From Ginkgo biloba (lineage: Eukaryota > Plantae > Ginkgophyta): a stretch of DNA of 17,754 bases. Location: positions 210,067,709 to 210,085,462 of the forward strand of contig JANKJI020000002.1 in assembly GCA_024626585.2 (NCBI GenBank). Reading direction: 5' to 3'. This document shows, one piece after another, positions 8,501 through 17,249 of the stretch. Below the pieces are notes generated by a model. The model worked only from the letters and a program-made list of their open reading frames with translations, was not told where the DNA came from and searched no databases. Within the stretch, counting starts at the first letter, position 1, and each line of letters opens with the position of its first letter. A program made the position numbers and the translations under genes.

Positions 8501-10993
8501 GGTGGAGCAAGCTTCTCCAGTAAAGGGACTCCCAGTAGAAAGGGAAGCTAGAGCAGGTACCAAAAGGTAGGCCATTTATCAGCAAACAAATTGTTTAAAA
8601 GGAGCATAACAATGACAGTTGTTTTCACAAAAATAAAATTCACATTTTTCATAAATGCAGCTGTATTCTTGAACTTAAAAAATTGTTTTACACTAACAAT
8701 TTTGGAACAGCATTCAATTTGCCAAGCACTCTCACCTGATTTTTACCCATGACTCCTAAGTGTGGAGTTGCCAATGTAATAAAATTGATAGCCTCTAACC
8801 CAGCTATTGTGGCCTTTAAAACTTTTGTTTGTCGATCTCCCCCATCAATCATTGCTTTCGTCCCTGAGTTTCCTTCTGCAGAAGCTACCTCACTAGAGAA
8901 ATCATGTGTCTCGGAATTTTCTGAATACAAAACCGCAATTGCATATCTTGCAAACAATCCACCAAGAGAATGAGCTAAAAACGAAATTCTTCTCAGACTG
9001 GGTGTCTTTTGGACAACCTGCTGTACCTGTCACCCATGACGCAGATACACCAACTACAATGTCAAGAGGCATAAAACATTCAAGGTGCATACCAAAAGGA
9101 TTTGAATGGCTTTAAATACATTCTCATAAATTTTGTCACAAGGTTATTTAGAAAAACATTCTACCTCCTCTGCCAATCGTCTCCCGGCTACATCAATTCC
9201 ACGTAGGGTTTGAGTATAGGAGTTTGCTGCACTGGCTGTACGATGGTGAATAGTGTTTAGATTTATTTATTTATTTATGTAATGAGCTCCATAAATGTTA
9301 TATGTTAGATGCACTGATATAACCAGATGCGAGTTGAAAATATGGCATTTTACCATGATAAACAAGCAAACCAATAATAATCAGTTATAGAGGTGAAAAA
9401 AAGAGATCGAGAATGAGCTTCCTGAAAATGAAATTTTATTAAATGGTCGATTAAATTCCATCAAAGCTGTGTCCCAAATATAAAGGCCAAATGACAAGAG
9501 TTTGGAAATTTCAATGAATATGTTGCACATGAAAGAGCCTAAATTTTACTAACACTATGAGAAGAATAGGAGCACATATGATGCATATTGGCAGAGAAGC
9601 AAAAGAATAGGAAAGGTGTAGGATACCATACCGTATATAAAAAAATTATTTCCAAGGCGCTTCTTCAGCTCTGCTTCTACATATTTCCAGTCACTTGGGC
9701 TGAAACATTTCAACATAAAATAATCTTTTCACCAAAACTTGAAATTATTATGGACTCATAAAATGTTATTCTTTTCCACAATTAACACTCCACAGCTACA
9801 ACCATGAAAAAAGACAAAGTAGACTCGACTCCATGTTCCAAATGTTTTAAAATGATGTAGAGATGTATGAACACTTCTGATATTCCTTGCCTACATAGAG
9901 CTGTGTGAATTTTGTATCATCAAATACAGTATAAACATACCAAATAGCATGTTATGAAGTGCAAAACTTGCTATTTNNNNNNNNNNNNNNNNNNNNNNNN
10001 NNNNNNNNNNNNNNNNNNNNNNNNNNNNNNNNNNNNNNNNNNNNNNNNNNNNNNNNNNNNNNNNNNNNNNNCCCAACCTTATAAAGCACATTTGTGTACA
10101 ACTCAATCTTAATTCAAATAAAATTCCATTTTAAGTTTTTATTACTAATGCAAAACCTGCCATGCTTAATCTCTGCTCAAGGTAAAAAAACATACACTAA
10201 AGTCCAGGTTAAATATTGAGCTCTCCTTGACTAAAATAAAGGCATCTGCTTGAACTATGGGGGGGACCTAAAAAGGATCTACAGAAAAATGAAGCTTGAG
10301 GGATGGGTAATGCACTGATTGGCTGTTGCCAAACACATCCACCCATGCAGTGTTCTGCATGAAGGGTTGTGCACAACATGACTTGAACTTATTTACCAAC
10401 AATCAGGATTCAGCACTAAGAAGCATCTACCAACCACAATGGAAAAATCCCACATCAATAGAGTAGGGGCTTATATGGGGTGTGACTTACACTAGAGGAA
10501 CTCTGTGGGTGTTGTGGCACAAAGGCACCACCTCTTATGCACAAGGACAAGACCTACTGTTTCACATGTATACTATCATTATGATCAAACATCTTCAAGC
10601 AAAGAAAACAAACAAACAAAAAGAATAACAGAAAATCAACATTAGTGACCAACAGTCTAATCAGGTATAAAACCAGATCCTACCATACATTAAAGAAACA
10701 AACAAAAAGAATAACAGAAAATCAACATCAATGACCAACAGTCTAATCAGGTATAAAACCAGATCCTACCATACATTTTCCTAAATCGTGGCAAATGCAA
10801 CAGAAGTTGATGGAATGCCATACCTTGCGAAGATCCCATGAACAAGTACTAATAGATGATCAGGTTGAAGATCAAAACTTTTCCCCTCCCTTTGTACCAT
10901 TTGAACTTTGCCTTGAGTTCCACTCATTGCTTCAATCTCAACACTGCCCTTTCTCCTCCTAGAATTAAACACTGTGCACATATCTCTTAACAT
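5444..10993 (-). CDS. DUF676 / ROG1-like putative lipase (alpha/beta serine hydrolase), multi-exon: join(10993-10824, 9699-9632, 9235-9165, 9026-8736, 8547-8384, 8291-8236, 8082-8030, 7244-7076, [unseen exon], 5548-5444)
   Basis: Manual splicing gives PDHLLVLVHGIFASPSDW...GIDVAGRRLAEEV...ISFLAHSLGGLFARYAI...NFITLATPHLG...RTGRQLFLTD...YANVSYDHMVGWRTSSIRRE...AGAGVVAHVADSLKQQE. These are the motifs of plant DUF676 hydrolases, with the nucleophile elbow AHSLG. All introns are GT-AG and phases match through exon 7076. The start codon is uncertain. Confidence 0.93.
5870..6305. repeat. Intronic internally repetitive insertion (GAGTGAGC / GAACGAT.AGCAAGAATGATG motifs), probably TE-derived
   Basis: 5876-5917 resembles 6165-6207, 5981-6008 resembles 6218-6245, and GAGTGAGCTCTCT occurs at about 6131 and 6293. 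Runs into the N gap. Confidence 0.6.
6604..6917 (+). mobile_element. Degenerate LINE (non-LTR retrotransposon) ORF1-like fragment in intron
   Basis: One frame reads FIHNTL*LSDLSFDRAWVTLDSTLIIQF*SIEDRIQSLRAKKKLFVLPKKVYLDEYLTRVQVKKLKKAKDQVIAARKDNKWVVVQNG, with two TAG stops. The pattern resembles the RRM/C-terminal part of L1-type ORF1 proteins (xIxxFxxxEDR...VYLDEDLT). Confidence 0.55.
7076..7244 (-). CDS. DUF676 lipase exon (PSKHSLDGYKHVMDV...AKEAAQ...YYDMLE)
   Basis: TTGCAG| acceptor, |GTAACT donor, 169 nt, phase 0 to phase 1. Matches provided ORF 7068..7265. Confidence 0.92.
8030..8082 (-). CDS. DUF676 lipase exon (HMVGWRTSSIRREAELVK)
   Basis: TTCTAG| acceptor, |GTAAGG donor, 53 nt, phase 1 to phase 0. 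Confidence 0.92.
8083..8235 (-). other. U12-type (minor spliceosome) GT-AG intron
   Basis: 5' splice site GTATCCTCTT (U12 consensus RTATCCTY). Branch-site-like TTTCTTAAC at 8100-8092, with adenines at -12/-11 from the 3' end. Phase 1, 153 nt. Confidence 0.8.
8236..8291 (-). CDS. DUF676 lipase exon (ISALAVFKSRVVYANVSYD)
   Basis: TTATCAG| acceptor, |GTATCCTC donor, 56 nt, phase 2 to phase 1. Confidence 0.92.
8384..8547 (-). CDS. DUF676 lipase exon (LPFLLGVPLLEKLA...RTGRQLFLTDG...RMASDCKDGKF)
   Basis: CTCTAG| acceptor, |GTAAGT donor, 164 nt, phase 0 to phase 2. Confidence 0.93.
8736..9026 (-). CDS. DUF676 lipase exon with catalytic Ser motif (VQQVVQKTPSLRRISFLAHSLGGLFARY...TLATPHLGVMGKNQ)
   Basis: GACAG| acceptor, |GTGAGA donor, 291 nt open, phase 0 to phase 0. 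Overlaps provided ORF 8688..8957. Confidence 0.95.
9165..9235 (-). CDS. DUF676 lipase exon (ASAANSYTQTLRGIDVAGRRLAEE)
   Basis: TACAG| acceptor, |GTAGAA donor, 71 nt, phase 1 to phase 0. Confidence 0.93.
9632..9699 (-). CDS. DUF676 lipase exon (SPSDWKYVEAELKKRLGNNFFIY)
   Basis: TTTCAG| acceptor, |GTATGG donor, 68 nt, phase 2 to phase 1. Confidence 0.93.
10601..10777. repeat. Two-copy tandem duplication (91 + 86 bp) in intron
   Basis: 10601-10691 and 10692-10777 differ by two substitutions (ATTAGTGACC vs ATCAATGACC) and a 5-nt difference in the AAAC microsatellite region. Confidence 0.92.
10824..10993 (-). CDS. DUF676 lipase exon (first clearly coding exon; MLRDM...PDHLLVLVHGIFA)
   Basis: ATG at 10993, in frame with the HG oxyanion motif. 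Donor AG|GTATGG after 10824, phase 2. The 5' boundary is uncertain; a candidate acceptor lies at 11025-11026. Confidence 0.85.
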
Positions 10994-11505
10994 TTTTCTA
11001 GATATTGTACCAAACAAAAAAAATCTGTCAAGTTCCCAATGCAAACAATTTAACAAAAATGAACCCAAGCCCAACCAAAGTGAACATATCGCAAAGAATG
11101 TATTCCATGGTTTAGAGGAAGTGGCTGGCTCTAAGGATGCATTCCCACAGCTAGTTATATTAATTCATAACACAGAGCACCAACCTAATTTCCTAATTAC
11201 CCGAAATTTAATATCGGCACTATCCAAATAATAGCCATACTCCCCATATGCTGTTATATCAAGGCATCAAAACTTAATATTCCTGACACAGAAATCCATC
11301 GTAGCTTACAATCTGCAGGAAGCAAACCTAATTGCTTCAAATTGCCATTAATGCTAGGTTAAAACACACACAATGTTCCCTAATTCTCGACAATTTGTCT
11401 CAAAACAAAACCATCCATGATTTATCCAGAATATTAGCCAAAATCATGATAAAAATATCGCGAAAAATGATGAAATTGCAGAACCTAGAAATAATGAATA
11501 AATAC

Positions 11506-11656
11506 CAGAAAATTCGTCCGCTGTTCGCAAAGAGAAGGAACTCCAACGATCAATTCCCGGTAAAGGCGAGATCCGTCCACAGCTACAACGATCATTTATT
11601 CGGACGGGAAGAGCAGTGATAATATCTATAGGTCCAGGGATCAAAACCCTTGCCAT
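11506..11656 (-). CDS. Putative upstream first exon (N-terminal extension or uORF/5'UTR) of the lipase gene
   Basis: ATG in good context (agATGG) at 11656, 50 codons, then G|GTATTT donor. The area (about 11450-11760) is locally CpG-rich compared with the CpG-depleted flanks. How it joins the next exon is ambiguous. Confidence 0.4.
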
Positions 11657-12084
11657 CTAACCCTCGCGTCTTACCTTCTTTTCCCGTTAGATTCCAAAAA
11701 TGTTTGCCTTGCTTGCTTTTGTTTGAATTTCATTCCACACGCAGTCGGGTAAAATGCGAGCATCTCTTCACATGTGGCTTTCTCTATCAAAAATTTATCC
11801 ACCAAACCCTCACTACTCCTCCAATTCTTTGGACTCCACTGTCCCTACAAGGCNNNNNNNNNNNNNNNNNNNNNNNNNNNNNNNNNNNNNNNNNNNNNNN
11901 NNNNTAATTGAATAATATCATCAAATAAGGGCGGCTTCGCACTCTCTTTTGTCAAATAAAATAAAGTAAGTAAGGTGTATTAATGTTTCTTAAAGCTTTT
12001 TTTTTTTTTATGTAATTTAAAAAATAATGGAAAATTGTTTACACGTTATTGAATTTATATGTAACAGAATTACTTGACAAAATT

Positions 12085-12148
12085 GTGCGAAGACATTATT
12101 CGATTCATTTTATTTTAGTTTAGTTTAATAGGTAATTAGAAGTGGCCC
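12085..12148 (+). repeat. Diverged direct repeat, copy B (5' of the gene)
   Basis: Shares GTGCGAAGA ... TTTAGTTTAA ... GAAG..GCCC at identical spacing with 5129-5192. Confidence 0.55.
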
Positions 12149-13191
12149 TAGGACAAGTTGCTTGATACGTCGTTAAGAGGGTGTACATGAAATTCATCAC
12201 CACATAAGTAATTACCCACATCATGGGTATGTATGGGCCTCTATTGAGAGCACAAGTCTACACATTCAACAAAATTGGTTTTTTTTTCATCTAGCAATTT
12301 TAACAGACATTTGAGAATTCTTCTATGTATACATCATGATAAAAATTAAAGATCATTCACTAGCACAAATGATCATTCAGGGAAGATAGTGGACCCTCCA
12401 TGTGCAAGCACAAATACGGCCTAAGTTTGAATCCAAAAGTAGTTGCATATAGGAAATTGATCTATGTACACAACATAATGTATACAATCTGTATTTTTTT
12501 TGTTGTGTATATGTAGTGGGCAATACATACAACACAAAGACATTATTACCCGAATATATGTACTTGTTAAGTCTAAGCAAGGGAACACAACCTCAAATAG
12601 TGATTTTCTCTAATTCATAATTTTGCCTATAATATTTTTATATGGAAAATGAGAATTTATATAGTTAATGATAAATGTAGCCAAGAATTTTTCTTATGAT
12701 GGCTAAAGTTTTTTAATAATAATCATTTTTAATTTATCATGTGCATTGTTTCTCTTTTTTCTACTTTAGTATAAAGTCTTAGGAAAGTTTTACAATAATG
12801 CCCATTGGTTTTGTATCTCTACATATATAGNNNNNNNNNNTGATTAAATACATGTTGGTGGTTGAACACATTTATTTACGAGTGAGATTATTTTGCCTTT
12901 AGATGTAAATGATATAAAGAGGCAATATGAATCTCTCTAAACTTGAAATTGCACAAATATTGTTCCTAATTTAGGAATGGTAATCACAATCACCTAGGGA
13001 CAAAGAATAAGACTCATGTTTTCATTTTTCTTTCTTCTTTTGCTTTAAAACTCTTTAGACTAGAATTGGGAAGTGTAGACATTTAAATATTNNNNNNNNN
13101 NNNNNNNNNNNNNNNNNNNNNNNNNNNNNNNNNNNNNNNNNNNNNNNNNNNNNNNNNNNNNNNNNNNNNNNNNNNNNNNNNNNNNNNNNNN

Positions 13192-13650
13192 GTACATAGT
13201 TGGGCGAATGGTGTTCTGGATAGCAACGAACAGTGTACATAGTTGGGTGAGCAATGCTTTGGATATTAGTGAACGGTGTACACAATTGGGCGAGCCATGG
13301 TTTGGATAACAACGAACAGTGTACACAATTGGGCAAATGGTGGTTTGGATAGTAGTGAATGGTTGACTGGGAGCATAGTTTGGCGAGTGGTGGTTTGGAT
13401 AACAATTAATGGTGTACACAGTTGGGCGAACTGTGGTTTGGATAGTAGCGAATGGTTGACTGGGTGCAGCGAACTGGTGTAGAGTTGGGTGAATGACAAT
13501 CTGGGGTAGCAAACGGTGTGCACAGTTGGGTGAATGGTTGTCTGGGGCAGCGAATCGTAGACACAGTCTCGTGGATGAACATACCAACAACAAAGGGTGT
13601 ATACTGTTTGATGAACGGTAGGTTGGCCAACAGTGAATGATGTACAACAA
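13192..13650. repeat. Degenerate 43-bp minisatellite array (about 10 visible units)
   Basis: Units start at 13192, 13235, 13278 and 13321 (period 43). Approximate consensus GTACACAGTTGGGCGAATGGTGGTTTGGATAGCAGCGAACGGT. Degenerates rightwards; the left end is hidden by Ns. Confidence 0.9.
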
Positions 13651-14219
13651 CTAGTCCGTTTGCTCATTTGAAAAAGGGATAATTATAGTTTCTTTGAATA
13701 ATGTTTGTTTTCATTCTTCTAATACGTCCAAGTGCAACTAGTTAAATTTGCCATGCTCCATACAGCAAGCAGCATGATAGAGCTATATAGATCACCAACA
13801 AAATGGTGACAACATTTTTGGGGCTGCATTAATGAAACTAAGAAAGTTGAAGGTTCAATCGATGATTTGGAAACTCGAGTAAACAAAGTATGGTGAGTGT
13901 CCATAATCTCTAAAAATTATAAAAATGGTATAATTAATGTGGAGATATAGGTTCATGTTGCCTTGTTATTTATGGATTTTCTCCATGGGCAACATATGTT
14001 AGATAATCCTTATAATAGAATCCAATGATCTTCTTGTTAAAGCATACTTTACTAATAAAGAAATTAATGCCATAAGGGCTCAAGGGACTAGTATGGGGTC
14101 CTATGGCATAGTTGTTAAGGGGCTCATGACCTTTTGGAAATCCTTTTAAGGATTTATTTATTTATTATACTTATTAAATAAGAATTTTTCCTCACCATAG
14201 GTTTTCTCCTAATGGGGCA

Positions 14220-14801
14220 TGTTAAGCATATGGTATGCCTAATGGGTGTATAGTGTATTCCTACCCTCAATATCAACATGCAGTCACATTCACATAATAT
14301 CATTCGCATTCACATAAACTTTACACAGGTATAGGGAAAATCATCCAAGCGATTCTGTTAATGCACATTCACAAATACAATATTACATCTGAAGTCTTTA
14401 CAACCAAAGCACACGATATCAATCTATCATCTATCATCTCTCCCTACTCTTCTAATCTTACAATAATTATTTATACAATATGCAATCGGTTATATAACCG
14501 CCACAGAAGTTACAACCAACACGCAGGTCAATGATAGTGGCCAAAGTCCTCTATCGGTGTTGGAAAGTTGCTTCTGTCTATGTCAGCAACGGATGTTAGT
14601 ATGCTATGTATAAGGCTCTCATCGACATGATTCAGAGACCCAACCCATGTTGATACCTACCAGTGTGTTTGAGTGATTCAACAAAGTTGGTCTACTTTGC
14701 TTCGTTGGTGCTCTTCATCCTCTGTTGATGCTTGTCAATAATCCACCACCATTAGTGTAGTTTTAGGCTTTATCCAACGTGCGTAGGATACCCATCCAAC
14801 A
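14220..14801 (-). mobile_element. 3' LTR (582 bp) of a gypsy-like element related to the 3850-4494 LTR
   Basis: Minus strand starts TGTTGG directly after a PPT and ends ...TAGGAATACACTATACACCCATTAG...ATGCTTAACA. This matches ...TAGGGATACAATGTGCACTCATTAG...ATGCTTAACA in the left LTR. Confidence 0.75.
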
Positions 14802-14814
14802 CTCCCCCACACCT
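14802..14814 (-). other. Polypurine tract preceding LTR
   Basis: (TTT)AGGTGTGGGGGAG, 14/16 identical to (TTT)AGGCATGGGGGAG at 3834-3849. Confidence 0.7.
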
Positions 14815-15063
14815 AAAGCCTTACCTCATCCCAAGATAAATGTGAGGAAGGGAAAAAAAAATCAACATTGCTTCTTCAGTCCCGCCGGTCATCAACCTTT
14901 ATTGGGGGTTGCTTTGTCAGTTTTGACCACGTCAGGTAAGGCTAGCAATAACTCCATATGCCANNNNNNNNNNNNNNNNNNNNNNNNNNNNNNNNNNNNN
15001 NNNNNNNNNNNNNNNNNNNNNNNNNNNNNNNNNNNNNNNNNNNNNNNNNNNNNNNNNNNNNNN

Positions 15064-15132
15064 ATGTAGAAATGTTAGTTGACAATAAAGCTAAGGTGGT
15101 GTATCTTAGGTGTCTACATTTTGCCCCTCTTT
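15064..15132 (-). mobile_element. PPT plus start of another LTR family (truncated by gap)
   Basis: Minus strand AAAGAGGGGCAAAA|TGTAGACACC, with the LTR starting at 15118. This junction motif is typical of Tat/Ogre/Athila-type gypsy elements. Confidence 0.5.
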
Positions 15133-15699
15133 GAAAGGATGTTGCGACTGGATGAAGCAATGACTTTTCAAAGAATGTAAAAAAAAGAAAGGAATGGGCA
15201 CACAAGGATGCCCCTAGTGGCATGATGATTAGAGAGATGGGAGATGCCCCCTCGAGAGGGCATGCAGGGATGAAAGACATGGATTAGCTCTCAAAATGAG
15301 AATAGGGGTTGCAATGGAAGGAGGGATTAAAACGTAAGGCTGAGGGAGGGGGTAAAAATTGAAATTTGATATAAAGGATGACTTGACAGTCCAGTTGTAA
15401 GATTAATGAGGCATACTTAGTTAGTGAAAATGAATGTTAATTATGGAAGGTTAGTGAGGATGAATGTGATGAATGTTGCTTGTTGTTAATCTTACACTGA
15501 ATCCATATTTTTTAGCAACTTCTTACAGCACTACTCCCAGTTCTCTTCTAGTGCACATGTTGTAAGTTCTCTCCATTGCAATCGCCTTTATGATTTCTAT
15601 TGATGGCTTAGCCCATCACATATGATTTTGTATCTACCTTGTGATCCTCCATAAGCACATATGAATTTGATACGTCTTTCTCATGAGGCTTCTTCCCGC

Positions 15700-16805
15700 T
15701 TTCTACTTCATCTGCAAAAATAACAAAAGGACAAATTTCTCTTCCCTATTCTTATTGTTCACTCATCCAATTCTCTTTAGACTATTTATCAACCTCCATT
15801 AGTCATTTGTTCTACACCTATTGCTCATTTGTCAAAATACTCTGTTCATTTTCTACCCTATCCTTGGGTTTCTTGCTCATCTTATGAACCTCTTTCTCTA
15901 CCTGCTCATTTTTTCAAATATTAAGCTCTCTAAAATCTCCTTTGGCCCGTTCACGACCACCACCATCATCGCCATCCATTNNNNNNNNNNNNNNNNNNNN
16001 NCATTACCATCATCCTTCTCTTTTATTTTTTTTTTTTTTTCATTGCTTTCTTTATCCTCTTCCTCCTTTGCATCTTCAGAGGGAATTTCCAACCTATCAT
16101 AACCTATAAGACAATCATAAAAATATATTTTTCCTTCATGGTTTTCCACGCCTTCATTTTTTCATGTTGCTCCCTCATCAAGCACTTCTCTGCCACCACA
16201 AGAAACCTCCATTATTCCCTTCATTGTCACCTATATGTTACCAACCATGAACATTGATTTTAGTCCAGTCTCATGCATAAATGGATCTTCATGTTGTTGC
16301 TCATAATGTTCCTCACACAAAACCTACTCGTCAACTATGTGTGGCACCTTTTCTTATGCCTCTTCATCTTTCCCTCACTTAGGATCCTCTAAAATCTTGT
16401 TAACCTGTCCTTTGCATGGAACCATAACTAGTTCCTCTTCCTCTCACCCTTCCATGGGCTCCTTCCCTTTCTGTCCTTCACATAGGACCTTCTCAACTGA
16501 ATCTTCTTCTTCTTTTTCTTTTTTCATCTCCACCAACCACCTTAGTGTGGTCATCATCTTCTCCTCTCTCCTTTGCCTTTGCTTTTTTGCTTCCATCTCT
16601 TTGATCCTCTAGTTCTCTACTTCCACTACCTCCAACCTTCCCCTTAAGGCTACCAACTCCCTGTGGACTACTACTACCACTCTCACAATATGCCAATCTC
16701 ACCATCTTTATGGCCTTTAGAATTTTCCTCATTACTGTAACACTTCTCATAGCCACACCTTGGCTCTCTTTCTCTTGGTAAATATTCCAATGAGCCTTCT
16801 CCTAA
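15700..16805 (-). mobile_element. Degenerate internal region downstream of PBS (purine-rich, broken Glu/Lys-rich frames)
   Basis: Follows the PBS directly and shows strong strand purine skew. Short ORFs 16493..16756 and 15898..16149 are low-complexity with no recognisable domain. The left boundary is approximate. Confidence 0.5.
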
Positions 16806-16817
16806 GCTCTGATACTA
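16806..16817 (-). other. Primer-binding site (initiator tRNA-Met type)
   Basis: TAGTATCAGAGC, one mismatch from the canonical TGGTATCAGAGC, 2 nt after an LTR-terminal CA. Confidence 0.8.
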
Positions 16818-16819
16818 GA

Positions 16820-17249
16820 TGATACAGTCAGTCTTCAATTTCCTACAACACCATCTACTACCCAAGATCTTTTCTTCCCTTAGCCTATTTGCTCATGGGC
16901 CTTTAGACTACTTTTCTAATGGTCCTTAAGATCATTTGGTCAAACACCCTTAGGCCATCTGTCTAATGACTCAATAAACACACATGCAAGCACACATAAA
17001 ATGGATGACATATAATTACAATTCTTTTAATGGCATGCAGGCCATTCACATCATACGAAAGACATTCACAGTTAGAAGAAAATTACACCAATATTTTATT
17101 ATATCGTATTCAAATCATTACATGTCGTCCATGGCCTAAAATCAAACTTATGTATACATATGGCCCATGGCCTATTCTCAAAAACATATACAAATCCAAA
17201 GTTCACCATCTACATGGCCCACCGACCTAAAACATAAAATTTACATACA
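16820..17249 (-). mobile_element. LTR (430 bp) bounded by PPT upstream and PBS downstream
   Basis: Minus strand AATGGGGGAG|TGTATG ... TGTATCA|TC-TAGTATCAGAGC. Not visibly similar to the other LTRs in the window. Confidence 0.65.

Noticed and set aside
10974-11619. Plus-strand ORFs 10974..11231 and 11332..11619 as an antisense gene
   Set aside because: No recognisable motifs. They are the complement of U-rich intron and 5' sequence of the lipase gene.
13192-13650. Possible CRISPR-like array
   Set aside because: Units are contiguous degenerate copies without unique spacers, there are no cas genes, and the context is eukaryotic.
13055-13667. Overlapping ORFs of 68-196 aa
   Set aside because: Artefacts of the stop-poor 43-bp repeat plus N runs. 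A period of 43 is not a multiple of 3.
13720-13900. Exon-like plus-strand stretch ending in a GTGAGT donor-like site
   Set aside because: Stops interrupt the frames examined and no peptide is recognisable. A translated search would be needed.
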